A DNA stretch of 64,000 bases from Owenia fusiformis (lineage: Eukaryota): the NCBI GenBank assembly GCA_903813345.2, contig CAIIXF020000001.1, positions 1,922,001 to 1,986,000 on the forward strand, read 5' to 3'. Under the pieces are notes generated by a model. The model ran no database searches and was not told where the DNA came from. It saw only the letters and a program-made list of their open reading frames with translations. A program made the position numbers and the translations under genes. Of the stretch, positions 36,805 to 50,900 are shown piece by piece (position 1 is the first letter of the stretch; every line of letters starts with the position of its first letter).

Positions 36805-37835
36805 TTATCCCATCGAACGAAGTTCGGAGGGATATAGGGAACGCCTCCGTCCGTCCGTACGTACGTACGTACGTCCGTCCGTCCGTCCGTCTGTCTGTCC
36901 GTCCGGGCAATAACTCAAATACTGTTGGCCCGATTTTGTTGATATTTTGTACACATATACCCTATGGGGGTAGAAGTTCTGCTCGAAAGCCGATTTTCAA
37001 AATGGCCGCTCATTTCAAAATGGCGGCCATTTTAGTGCCAATTTTACAGTTATTTAGGTGCAATATGTAAAACTGTAATAGTAATATGTTTTAAATGTAA
37101 AAAAATTATAAAGGACATTAATAATGCTACAAATGTAGATATTAAAGAAGCACATGGCAGCCATCTTGAAAAATGGCGGCCTTTACTCGTCATTTTACGA
37201 TTTTTGCTGTAACTCAAAAAATAGTGGAGCAATTTTGTTCATATTTGGTATGTGAATACTATAAGCATTGCACACTGTCTAAAGACACTTTTGGTAGAAG
37301 GCGGCCATTTTCAAAATGGCCGCCATTTTAACATATTTTACTATAACTCGAAAAGTAGTGGAGCGATTTTGTTCATATTTGGTATGTGAATACTTTAAGC
37401 ACGGCACACTGTCTATTTCTAATGACACTTTTGGTAGAAGGTGGCCATTTTGAAAAATGGCCTCCATGTTAACGTATTTTACTATAACTCGAAAAGTAGT
37501 AGAGCAATTTTGTTCATATTTGATATGTGAATACTTTAAGCATGGCACATCGTCTTATAAAACTTTGGGGAGTAGTCAGCCATTTTGAAAAATGGCCACC
37601 ATTTTTATGTGTGTTATTTTACAAGTACGTGTGCGATTTTTTAAAAATTTTAGAGGTGGCTTCTTAAAAGCATATTATTCCTCCTGATGACAACTTGGCT
37701 AGTGAGCAACCATTTTGAAAATGGTGGCCTTTCTGGTGTGTTGTTTTATGATATTTGCTATTCGTTTGTAAAAATGCCAGCCATTTCTGTTCGATGGGAT
37801 TCGCTACGCTTTGGCGTTGCCGTTGTTCTGGTTTA
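36805..37835 (+). mobile_element. HINE/DINE-like element with internal ~120-bp tandem repeats
   Basis: Subterminal IR ATCCCATCGAAC / GTTCGATGGGAT, (CCGT/ACGT)n microsatellite, about 4 central repeats, 3' hairpin. Confidence 0.75.
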
Positions 37836-38324
37836 CTTTGAATTAAGGTATGGCATTGGTCCCATATTTGGACATTTGGTATGGCATTGGTCCTACATTT
37901 TGACATTTGGTATGGCATTGGTCCCATAATTGGACATTTGGTATGGCATTGGTCCTATATTTTTGGACATTTGGTATGGCATTGGTCCTATATTTGGACA
38001 TTTGGTATGGCCTTTGGGCGTTATTTTGGTTGGTATGGGAACATATTGAAATTTGACAGATTGGTATGGGAACATATTGATATTTGAGGCTTCAGCCTAG
38101 GACCCCGTCGAGTTTTATATACAGTGAACCCCCTGGGGGAACGCCTAACTTGAGACCCTCCTTCAAATTATGGACACCTTGGTTCAAAACTGAACACCCT
38201 GGTCAAAATATCGGACACCTCCGTCAATGGGAGGTGTTCATTTTTTTACCGTATCAGCATTTTATAAAAAGATTCTCATATCTATCTACACACATAAATG
38301 TTTGTTGTATGTGTACGTTTGGCC

Positions 38325-38861
38325 TTATCACATCCTACGACCCCTTTAGATTGTGGTCGTACGCGCATGTAATTGGTCAGTCAATGTTTTACAAAGTTGG
38401 ACACCTAAATGACCTACCTCGATACATTCCGTAGTATTTTAGAATTCTTATAATGTTGTTAGATCGCCAATTGTATGGGTTAATCGGCAGAACGAAGAGA
38501 TTTTAGTTTTTACATCGGAAATATATCAGCAATTTTCAAAATGTCGGAAGGGGAATTCCCCAGGGATTTCCCTTATGACTGGTGCATGCCGGGAACTGAA
38601 TGGAGGAATTTGACGGTTGAAATAAGTTAAATATTACACGCAAATATTGCTATCAAAAACGAAAACGTCTTCGTTCTGCCGATAAACCCATACAATTGGT
38701 GATTCAACTACAATAAAAGAATTCTAAAATACTAAGGAATGTATCGAGGTAGGTCATTTAGGTGTGCAATGCGTAGTATTTTCTCCAACTTTGTAAAAAC
38801 ATTGACTGACCAATTATACGCACGTACGACCACAATCTAAAGTGGTCGTAGAATTCGATAA
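38325..38861. mobile_element. Palindromic Mutator-like MITE
   Basis: 9-bp TSD CGTTTGGCC (38316-38324, 38862-38870); inverted arms of about 190 bp. Confidence 0.85.
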
Positions 38862-40055
38862 CGTTTGGCCCTAAAAGGGCATCAGCACAAATGAAACATA
38901 AAAATCAGTTGATTCTTCAAATCACATTAATGGGTTTAGTATCTCACCTAATGTTCAGCTGAATACTCAGTATCCAGCTTCAAGAAACTTCCCTCCTCTC
39001 TGGGCATCCCTCTTTTTGTTTTCACCTTTACACTAGACTATAGATCTATAAGCTTTTTATGTCCACACCATATAGTGCTGGGCCATATTGTCAGCCTAGG
39101 CGCTTCCGTCTGTCCATCCATTTGTCTGTCTGTCCATCCATCCGTCCATCTGTCCGTACGTCCGTAGTCTGGCAGTTTTCTCCAAAACTGCTACAGATAT
39201 CACCTTCAAATTTTCAAGGATAACTGGAGTTAACTTGAGATAACTATGAGTGCATACACACAGTCCCGTTTATTCTGGTCCGTATTAGTGGTTTTGTTGA
39301 TATTTATACGGAATAAATCATACCATTTCATGAAAAATGGTGACCTTGTCCTACGGAAATTGAGATTATGTTTCACAGCAAGTTCGCACGGATACTGTAT
39401 AGCACATGCTCTAGGGAACCGATTCTACTTTCTATAGACACCAAATACATCTCTGTCGATAGAATAATGAAAAAGCCTTAGGGTCCCAACCTCCTTTGTT
39501 TACATTTACAAAAACGTGAAAAAAGGACAAAAGTTGTCATAACTTTTTAAATTTAAAACTCTTGAAACCAATCTCACTTGCCAGCGACACAAACTTTAGT
39601 CTTTCACGGACCGAACATGTCAATTTGGTTCGTAATATCTCCAAATAATTGATTTCAACATTTTAAAAAACTCTCAAATTTTTGAAGTTTTTCCACAGGA
39701 ATATTTTTGCTTGACAATAAACAGGCAAAATGTGTATTTGCGTGACATATTCTGTCACTCGAAAATAACTGATGTGACTTCAAATTTTCCAGCAAACGCC
39801 TGATAAATATGCAAATTGTGGGACAGTTGGACAGCATCTGCTTACCTAGGCATGGCCCCTGCTTCCCTGCCTGTTTCACTCTGACTTCATCTATTTTCTA
39901 CATCATCTCATTACAAAATTGACTATGGTTAGCTCTAATATTTAGGCACCTATCAAATACAAGTAAGTGAATAGTTTGGAAGTATTGGCTTTAATCTCAT
40001 TTTTTCATGTTCAAGTTACTTGTGAACATTTCTCATTTTTATGTCACAATCAGAG

Positions 40056-41003
40056 GGGGTTTTCGGAAAAGACCGACCCCACCGACCACCGACCGGTCGG
40101 TGTTTTCCACTGGTAGCCTCAAAACAGGGTTTGAAGAAAATGTGTAAAAGACCGACCATATCATGTAAAAGACCGAACATATTTGTAGCCTTAGAATATA
40201 AATAATTTGATTTTGGATGTCAATCGTTGGACTAGGCAACGTTTTTTACCGATTTTGTACCTTGCAACGAATGGCAAGCAAACAAATAGGTCATGACCGT
40301 CTCCTCTCGATTAATTGTCCTGCCTTAGGTCCTAACCTATCATTAACCAACCTATCGTTTCTACGGGAATCTATCCTAATTTTCTACTGAAATTTAACAA
40401 TTTCGAAACAAAAATGATTTGTTATCGTCATAGCCTACTGAATACTGAACACGATATAATGTTACATGCGTTCTCTTATCGGGATTAAAAGTGACTTACC
40501 ATTTCAGTACACCATTAGAAAGCTTTTTTTGTCATAGTCTATCAAATGTAGTTTTTACCAGTTGACGTTTAACAACTGAGAAATCAAACATAACGTTACG
40601 ACGTCAACATCGACGATGTTTGTGTGTTTTTGTTATTGCGTTTCATATGAATGAAGAATGAACTTAATGCAATGTTACGTGCGTTTTTTTCAAAGTGACT
40701 AACCAAGATGAAATTGGTCTTCTAACAACTGAAACATCACTTAAAAATATGACATTACACACCACGACGATGTAACGTTTTCATCGTGAGTTGAAATGAT
40801 AATTATATGTTTTTAAATCACGACCTAGTAAAGGTACTATAGTCATTGGATTCCCAGTTTTAGTTTTACTTCTAATTTTGCATTTTTTCATCTTTATGTA
40901 AAAGACCGCCAGCCGACCACCGACCACATGTACCCAACTGTGGAGAGTGACTGGTCGGTGGTCGGTGGTCGGTGGTCGGCGGTCGGTGTTTTACGAAAAC
41001 CCC
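40056..41003. mobile_element. Non-autonomous element with GG termini and 8-bp TSD (Merlin-like)
   Basis: TSD AATCAGAG (40048-40055, 41004-41011); TIR GGGGTTTTCG.AAAA.ACCGACC; (GACCACC)n subterminal repeats; it splits the 5' end of a HINE related to 49303. Confidence 0.75.
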
Positions 41004-41900
41004 AATCAGAGGTGGTGACATGATGTTATGGTCTGCAACTTTTTTGGAGACAGCAATCAGAGTTCAGTGTCTGTAAAATTTTGCAATAATTAACATCAAG
41101 CTGGTAAATGCCTTGTAAGTAGTGAGGGACAGCTTAGATTAATGCACATTTTACTTTGAAGTTATTATGGTAAGTTGAATGTTTGTTCATGCGTTTAGAT
41201 TTCTCTGCTTCATCTGCCCCCCTCCCCCAGTAAGCAGCACCCTCACCCAGTCTAGAGCTAGAGCTGTCTCCCACTCATGGCTTGCCCTGAAGGGTTGTGT
41301 AAGTTCAAATTGTGTGTAGAGACAAATTTTTGTATTGATTCAATGTTTTGCATAATAGCATAAGGCTGGGCAGATTCCTAAAATGCCTTGTTTTCTTAAT
41401 CTTTTACATTTTACCCAATAGAAAGTGAATATAGCTTTTGTTATGAATTCAAAAATTTCAAAAATTCATCTGTTGGAAATCAAAATTCACATGTTCACCT
41501 GTAAGACTATCCGTTTTGTCACTTGCACAACTCTGGCTCTTCATGTACATAGCACTTATACAGTATGCACTATGCAGTCTCTCTTTGACTTGATTTCTTG
41601 AACATTGAGCTGCTTTTCATATCTTTGTAGATGTCATACATATGACGTCAAGATCTCCTAAATTTGCTTCAGAAGACCTGGAATATGCAATGGATCTAAT
41701 CTTTGCAGGAGGAAACCAAGGCACATGTAAGTTTGTTTTATTTAACAGGAGTTTCTAATTCTAAAGTTACCTTGACGTCATAGTCAAACAATAAATTTCT
41801 GAATTCCATTTGCAAAATAGATCCTTTAGTTACACATTTGGAGGTCTCTGAGGTTGATATCTATAATGGTTGGGTATCATCATTGTACTGTGACAATATT

Positions 41901-44900
41901 TCAGACTGTTGTTTTTCCTCGTATCAAATCTGCAGCCTTCTCGCCAATCATGATAGATGGTGCATTAGTATTCCCAGAGGTGACGAATGGCATGATAGAT
42001 GCATCCGCAACCCTCAGGTTATCAATTCCTTTTACTCTGAAACAAATAAATAACTAGAATTAACATCAAAACAACACTACCTTATTTATCCCACCAAACG
42101 AAGTTCCAGGGGGATATAGAGAAGTCGTCCATCCATCCGTTTGTTCGTCCGTGTGTCCAGACAATAACTCAAATTACAGTTGACGGATTTGATTCAAATT
42201 TTATAAGGTTATGCCTTATGGGAGTAGGACCTCTGCTCGAGAAGGAATTTTCAACATGGCCACTCAATTCAAAATGGCCACCATTTCTCGTAAAAAATGT
42301 AATCTTTGATAATTCAAACTGTAAACAGATTTCAGTCAAATTTTATATGCCGATACCGAAGGATATAGTAGCTCTGTTCAAGAAAGAATTTTCAAGATGG
42401 CGGCTGAACTTTAAAATGGCTGCCATTTTTCGTAAAAAATGTTATCTTTGATAACTCAAATACGAGTGAATGGATTTGGGTCAAATTTTGGGGTTTGTAG
42501 AAAAATTGGGTACCAGGTACCGGGTAGTAAGTCCTCCATGCTGGGTTCAAACTTGGTACCTGGTACCCGGTCAAAAAAACTGGGTACCCAAAAAACGAAA
42601 AATACGAATATATAACATAATTAGATCATTAGAAAACGTGTAAGATTTGTTTTGAATTTACAAAAATGTATGTAACTTCCTTCAAAATTGAGCTAGAAGC
42701 TTCAAATAAAAAGCATTTTAAGGCAAATTGCAAGCCTCTGTGACCCCTCCTTTACTTGACTACACACCTTCTCACACGGTGGGGGGGGGGTGTTACCAGG
42801 TGAGTGCTAGACTTTTGTTGTCAAAAATGTGCAGTAGCCTTGTCATCGATATGGTTTCCAAATCAGGGAATATTGCCACTGATGTTGAGAAGTATCACAT
42901 TCATTTTCAGCTTCCAGGGTTTTACTGTTTTCTCAGGGTTCATATCAGTAATTTTACCTACTTCAATTTAACCTACTTTTTAAACTTGACCTACTGTTTT
43001 AAAATAAAGACAAGTAATCACCATTTCACTGTGTAAGATAAGTCATATTTTGATGAAAAGGAAAATAATACAATAATATTTGGCTTTGGGATTCCCTCTT
43101 TGCAATAGTGTAGTTCGGTTGTAGGGTTAGAGTTATTTCAAGTTTCAACATATTTGTAGACCTGTAGCATATATTATAGTGCTATACTATGTCACAATCA
43201 AATCTTAACTCTGCCATGTTAATTTTGGTACCAATTGCTCAATGCTCCTTTGATAAAATACATGAAACCTTTTGAAGTGAGAACAATCTATTGGCACTAA
43301 AAACATGAAGAGTATTTTTGGCTGGAAGTATGGCCTTAACTCGCACGTTAGTTTAATACTTGTATTGAATTTGTAAAACATGAAAGTGTAAATGTCCTTA
43401 GTCAGTCTGAGCTGATAAAATAAATCCATTTTATAAATCTGAATACCTTAATCGTGGATCAACAACGGAGTTGTTGTCAGATTCAGGGCCCATCTTGCAA
43501 GTACTTGTAGGATGAAATACATTAAGAGGTGTTGCACGAATATAACATTCCCAGTATGGATCACTATTAAATGCATGTGTGGTACATAATGGGTGATGTT
43601 TAGCACTCATTTGAAATCCCCCATCTTTAAATGCTTGAGTTTTGGAAAGTGTTTCAGTCACAACCTTGATTCCTGTAAAAAAGGTGAGACTGTCAGAATG
43701 TAGTTGACTTTATCTGTGCATATAATAGAACTCTTATTGACTCACATGACCAGTGTGGCCAATGGAATTGCTCATTTCTCCAGCACTATGATATATGATC
43801 ATGATAATATAAAAGCTGGAAGGGAAACTGGAAAGTTAAAAACTTAGATTCACATATTAAAATCTGTCTGATTTCTTATGTGAATTTTTTTCATATGTGC
43901 ATGTAGAAGTTGTATAATATATACCTTCTACTAAATGTTTCACATCAACTGGGTCCTCCAAGTATTTTGGGTCAATCAGGGGATAATCAAATGGGTCAGT
44001 TGATCTCAATCTGATGGTCCCATTACTATGAGGGTGGAGTAACACAACAATAATGCTGAGACCCATCTTGCCATCATACTCTTCATGTGGATACATACTG
44101 TCCCATACCTAAAATATAATACCATAAAAGCTAAAACTTGAATAGATATGAATATAAAAGTTCATCATACAGCAGTCTTTCAGATATTTAAATTTATTAA
44201 ATATGAAATACTTAAGACAAAAGATTAGTCTTGCAGTTTGAGCTATCCACGTGGAGATCTTTTAGATTAAAGCGTACCTCATCACGGACCCCTATTACAT
44301 CTTTCCATATATCTCCAATTAGTGCTGCATTAATGAACATTTGTACATATGGGAATTTGTGGAAAGCTGGCTGATGTGAAGTCTTCATGAAGTAAACCAT
44401 ATCAGTTACAGTGCTCCTTTTAACACCTAGAAATATTGAGGGGAGTTGACATGGAATTATTGTGACATATAGCAACACAACAGTGTTGAGATTATAGACT
44501 ATGGTAGTCCCGTTATATTCATGTATTTATTATCTGATTTATATTGAATTTATTATTTTGTACTACTTTTTTTGAATAATAAAAAATACCTGTCCCAAAA
44601 AAATAATATTTCCATCTTTCTTGCCAAGAGGTAATGTCTTTCTCTGTTATTGTTTGAGCTTTAGTAAAGAAGTTGATATGCTGAGCTGCAACATGGTCTT
44701 GTAAATTCTCCCCAACTGGCAAATCTGCAACCACTGGGATCTAAGAGAGGATAATACTTATGAGTTTCTCTGTACCAAACTTATCAGTGGCGGATCCAGG
44801 AAAAATAAAAACTTCCGTACTTGCGCGTAAACTTTTTTTGCGCCCTTTATTTACAAATTTGGGCCCAAATTTTCACATTTTTGGGCCCAAATTTTCAAAA

Positions 44901-47900
44901 TAAGGGCCCAAAAATGTCTGGCCCACAATTTTTTTGGCCCTTATTTTCATAATTTCATTAAAGTCGGGGCGCTGTAAATGAATTTTGGGCATTGAATAAA
45001 CTTATTAACAACCAAATATTCATTTAAGGCCCGGAATGAAAATTATAGTGGCCTAGTTTCATTTGTTTAGGGCCCAGAATGCAAACCAAGGGCCCAATTT
45101 TCGGAGCCCAATTTTTTACTGCCATTTTTTTGGGCCCAACTTAGGGGGGGGGGGGGGCGGACCCCATGGATCCCACTGGATCCGCCACTGCTTATTCCAT
45201 GTACATTGTACAAGACCTTACATACCATATAAGCATTTTATTGGATCCACATTGACCTTATAATGCCAGGTTCATAATTATATACAGGGTGACACAAAAA
45301 ATGTTACGCTCTTATTTTGAAATAACTTTCTCAATTATGAAGGAATATTTTGAAGATAAAGTGTTCAATGTATGAAACATTTGTGTACTTGCTTATCATC
45401 AACAACTTGAAGATTTAGGCTCAAGAATTTTTGAAGCAAATGCATGACATTTGCGGGATTTGCGTGAAATGTCAGAACGGAATGTGTTCATTTATTTTTG
45501 GCGTTCATTTTTTGCTGAATCGGTGTTTTATAAAATGCAGAATTTTTTAAATATCAACATAATGCATAATGCGTGATTTGCTTGACATTTATGATACAAG
45601 CAAAATTAATACGTAATTTCACTTTTTCCATGCGTGAGGGTCGACAGGGCAGCTTTAGCAATTCAGAAATGACTCAAATAATGGCTAAAATAGCAATGCA
45701 AATTTCAGAAAATTGTGTTTTTGACGATTTCACTAAGATACATAAGATCTGTTTCTCAATGTCAAAATGTAAAAGAACCAATCCCACTTGTATGGAGGTA
45801 AAATACGAAGAAACATATCAAAAAATGTATAGATGGCCATAACATACTCACATTCATTGCCTCCAAATGGTTTTTTGGTCCAATACCAGAAAGTAAAAGA
45901 ATATGTGGTGATCCAATGACACCTGCAGAAAGTATCACCTCTTTTCTAGCATTCACTTTTCTCTTTACCAAGTCTCTGATGTATGCCACACCAACAGCCT
46001 TCTTCCCTTTTAGAAGCACCTAAATACAAAATACAAATAAATTTCAAATTAGAACTTATTTTGACTTTATATATTAAACATAAACAGTTGTAGCAGCTTA
46101 TGGCATTATAAGCCTCTTGAATGATCATAATACTGGGTGGTAAAAAATGGTACCCTATTTTTCCCCGTATCATTGTCATTGTAGGAATTTTCTCACTGCC
46201 CCACTCAGTTGGTCAGCATCGTGCTGTAGGCAAACCTGCACACATTGTCCAAAGTTGTCAATGACCTAATTGCATTCCTCTGCAAGTACATTTATGGCCT
46301 AAATGACACTTTTGAGGTTTGATGTTGTTTTGCCATTATTCTCCTTCACTCTATCTTTTGGGTATCCCCACTGGTAAAAGTAAAATGTAATCATGTCTGG
46401 GCTGTGGGTGCCCATTCATTATCTCTGATTCTGCTGATCATGTTATCATTGAAGTGGTCCCAAAGCCAGTCTAGTGCACCATTGGATGTATGGGACAATG
46501 GCTGTGTTTTGTTAGAACCAATGTTGCTGCCTGTCAACCCCTTGAGTTGACCTAAAGGCCCCCCTCCCAGAACTTCCTGAGAATCACAATATAATGTAAT
46601 GACCCGAGGGCGCCCCAGGGGAATGACTAACTAACGAGCACAGTGTGACAGGCCAGATGAAGAAATTGAAAGAAAGTGTGCTAAATTCAATGCCCCGCAT
46701 GGGAATTGAACCTAGGACCCTTTGACCCTCAGAAGTCTGATGCTCTACCGACTGAGCTATAAAGGCTAAAGCCACTACAGCTGGACTGTAGTAGCAACTT
46801 GCTATCAAGGGTCGTTACACTATCTCCCCCTTTGAAAGGACCACACCCTCGTGGTCAGCCCTGCTTTCCCTAGCAGTGACTACCACACACACACGGGCGC
46901 AAAGGATACAACCAATGCTTTGATCCCACTTCTGACACCAATGTAATGACCTGAGGGCGCCCCAGGGGAATGACTAACTAACAAGCACAGTGTGACAAGC
47001 CAGATAAAGAAATTGAAAGAAAGTGTGCTATATTCAATGCCCGGCATGGGAATCGAACCTAGGACCCTTTGACCCTCAGAAGTCAAGACTTAAGCCACTA
47101 CAGCTGGACTGTAGTAGCAACTTGCTATCAAGGGTCGTTACAATAACATACATTCGATGTTGACAGTTATTGCATTTCTGTAAGCATCTTCAAAAGTAAA
47201 GAACCCCTTTCTGCTGAGTATAAACTAAATTGTGGATCTGTCTGTGTGAATGGACCTTAAGGTTTTACTGTATAAGATATAGTGACAGATGGAGCTGTCA
47301 GTGTTTCCAGGGAGCATATAGTTTTTTGACTTTTCACTGTACTTTGTTATTCATTTTTGGTGTCTCGAACATAATACTGCAGAAAAACCTTACTTTAGTG
47401 ACATGGGCCTTTGTTGCAATATGCAGGTTCTCTCTGTGCATAACTGGATAGAGAAAGGCAGTTGCAGTACTGGATCTTTCTCCTTTACTGTCTACATTCA
47501 CTTGGTTGAAACTCATACCTTGATTTAAAAAACACATATGAAATTATGATATAAATAATAATTAAACTAAACCATCACCAATAGATCACCAATACACCAT
47601 GGAAAGTGATTTAGTCAAGTGGTTTGTAAGTTATGTATTAAAACTTGCAATACTCAACTAATACACCACTGTAAGGGTTTTGTAGGTGGAGTGGTTTGTA
47701 AGTTGTGTATTAAATTGATTTTTTCTGGAATGGTCTATTAGTAGTGTATTAAAACTGATCCTTGATTTAGAATGAGAAACCACTTTTAAATGGTGGAAAT
47801 AGTTAAAATGTGAGGGAATTTATTCTACAATGAAATGTAGCATTACAACCAAAAGGGTGACTGGTTGGATGTGGTGTATAAGACTTTAGGGAGTGATGTA

Positions 47901-50900
47901 TTAGTGGTCTATTAGTAATATTTGAGACTTCAGGAGTGATGTATAATTGGTGTATTAGTGATGTATTAGTATTACATGCTCTATGATTGGTCAATAATTT
48001 TTATCTCATTTGCATGGTAATTTTTTCAACTTATAAACCACTGTTAAATCAATGGCAAAAAGTGGTCTGTTAACGAAAGTTACCACTAACAAATCACTTA
48101 TAGAACATGTTCTACTACTACTAGTTGAGTATTGGTAGTCTATTAGTGGTTTATTAGAGTGGTATGTCAAGCTGTTTTTTCACTTGGGTCATTTTGGACA
48201 CATTTAGTATTTGTTTTCATATTACACATACATATTTAACCTATATTGACTTGATCTTGGAACGATTATAAATTATTTATTGTCAGTTGAAAGAAAGACT
48301 GTTTTACCTAGTTGTTCTTCTCCATTAAAATCCTCTGGTGTTTCAAGGCCTGCTTCAACTGCTGCCTTGTATACATACTTTGTTCCCTCTAGTCTAGGTG
48401 CAGGAGATATATGTAGAGGTCCTGAGTGCCCGTGGTATTCTGTTACAAGAAATATGCACAGTATGAATTAAACATCATTTCTTGGATTTTACAACATATG
48501 CCTTTATAGATATTATGTATGTATTTGTTGCATGCCACGTTTTTTCTTTTAAAACAATCTACACAGCCCCGTAACCAGGATTTGCCAAGGGGGGTCACTT
48601 TTTAAAGAAATGTTATAATATCTTTATTCCTGACAGTTTCCCCTTTCTATTTCAACTAAAATCCACGTTAGAAAAATGGAAAATAAAGGTTTTCTTACTT
48701 GATTTCTTTAAATCTTGGTCTAGTTGTGTTTGAGATTTCTTAAAGTAAGGAAGCACGTCCTCATAACTCCATCCAGTGTTGCCCATCTCTGCCCACATAT
48801 CATAGTCATGCTTGCTCCCTCTCACATATGAATTAGCATTAATTGAACTGGATCCTCCTAAGACTTTTCCCCTCGCTATGTTTTGCACCTACGTACAAGT
48901 AAAATTTCAAAAATGACCACTGCATATATTGCTGTTTTACAATTTACGAGTACAAATGTACAGCCAAATATTTGATAGTCTGATTATCCCCCGGGGATTA
49001 TCCTAACATTTGTTGTCAGAATGATGGGAAATACAAATATTGAAAGTTTTCAACTTCAACAATAGATAATAATTTTCAATCATAAAAAATATTTTCAAAC
49101 TATGCACCGGGACTTTGCACTTGGCCTTGAAAGCTGTTTTCAAACTATGAGAAAGATTTGGCTCCAGTACAACAGTTATTTTCCCCTATTAATTTGCGAT
49201 AGGCATAAAAAGATTTCTAAAGATTTCATAGCAATATATTTATATTATGAATTGCTGCTGTTGAAAAGCTGTTCCACCTTGAAACTCCTTTTAACTAAGG
49301 TTATTATGTCACCACCAAAAGTGGTGACATATTGTTATGGTCTCCGTTTTTTTGCGACGGCGGTTGGCGTCCGGCGGTTGGAGGTTGGCGTCCGGCGGTT
49401 GGCGTCCGGCGGTTGGCGTCCGGCGTCTGTAACAATTTCTTACAACTTCCTATAACTTAACAAATACTGTTTAGACTGACTTCAATTTTTTTCTAAATCA
49501 TCTACATGTTCTCAGAAGTTCAAATCTGACTTTAGATTTGACATTTGACCTTCAATGACCTTCTCAAGGTCAAAAAGGTCTTTTTTCAACTTGCTTCACA
49601 TTGACTAAATTTTTTTTCAAAATCATCTACATGTTCTCAGAAATTCAAATCTGACTTTAGATTTGTCTCTAGATTTGACATTTGACCTTCAAACCTGACT
49701 TTAGATTTGACATTTGACCTTCAATGACCTTCTCAAGGTCAAAAAAGGTCAAAAAGGTCTGTTTTCAACTTGCTTCAAATTGACTAAATTTTTTTTTCAA
49801 AATCATCTACATGTTCTCAGAAATTCAAATCTGACTTAAGATTTGACTTAAGATTTGACATTTGACCTTCAATGACCTTCTCAAGGTCAAAAAGGTCTGT
49901 TTTCAACTTGCTTCAAATTGACTAAAAAAAATTTTCAAAATCATCTACGTGTTCTCAGGAATTCAAATCTGACTTTAGATTTGACTTAAGATTTGACATT
50001 TGACCTTCAATGACCTTCTCAAAGTCAAAAAAGGTCAAAAAGGTCTTTTTTCAACTTGCTTCAAATTGACTAAATTTTTTTTTCAAAATCATCTACATGT
50101 TCTCAGAAATTCAAATCTGACTTTAGATTTGACATTTGACCTTCAATGACCTTCTCAATGTCAAAAAAGGTCAAAAAGGTATTATTTCATCTTGCTTCAA
50201 ATTGACTAAATTTTTTTTTCAAAATCATCTACATGTTTTCAGAAATTCAAATATGACTTTAGATTTGACTTTAGATTTGACATTTGACCTTCAATGACCT
50301 TCTCAAGGTCAAAAAAGGTCAAAAAGGTCTTTTTTCAACTTGCTTCAAATTGACTAATTTTTTTTTCAAAATCATCTACATGTTCTCAGAAATTCAAATC
50401 TGACTTTAGATTTGACATTTGACCTTTAATGACCTTCTCAAGGTCATAAAAGATCTGTTTTTAACTTGCTTCAAATTGACCAAATTTTTTTTTCAAAATC
50501 ATCTACATCTTATCAGAAGTTCAAATTTGACTTTACAAGTTCTCTGAAGTTCAAATCTGACTTTAGATTTGACCTTTGACCTTCAATGACCTTCTCAAGG
50601 TCAAAAAGGTCTTTTTTCAACTTGCTTCAAATTGACTAATTTTTTTTCAAAATCATCTACATGTTCTCAGAAGTTCAAATCTGACTTTACATTTGACCTT
50701 CAATGACCTTCTCAATGTCAAAAAAAGTCAAAGAGGTATTTTTTCAACTTGCTTCAAATTGACGAATTTTTTTTTCAAAATCATCTACATGTTCTAAGAA
50801 GTTCAAATCAAACCTTCTTAAGGTCAAAAGGTATTTTCCAACTTGCTTTAAATTGACCAAATTGTTTTAGGTGGTGACATTTTGTCATGTTAATGCCTTG

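Larger units (their letters stand above)
35733..38135. mobile_element. TIR element nested in the CAGGCCTG element
   Basis: TIR C(A/G)GGGGGTTCACT.TATATAAA; flanking duplication GGGAACGC (about 8 bp); 31-bp GGTATGGCATTGGTCC.ATATTTGGACATTT repeats at 37847-38010; partial relative at about 51229-51450. Confidence 0.7.
35710..39840 (+). mobile_element. Disrupted copy of the CAGGCCTG element hosting nested insertions
   Basis: Segments 35710-35732, 38137-38230 and about 39700-39840 match consecutive parts of the intact copy at 56655-57161. Confidence 0.65.

Noticed and set aside
46691-46766. Functional tRNA-Lys gene
   Set aside because: The anticodon loop is deleted, there is an extra internal duplication, the acceptor stem is weak, and it lies inside an LTR.
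49490-50870. CRISPR-like array
   Set aside because: Whole units repeat with no unique spacers, there are no cas genes, and the context is a eukaryotic intron.
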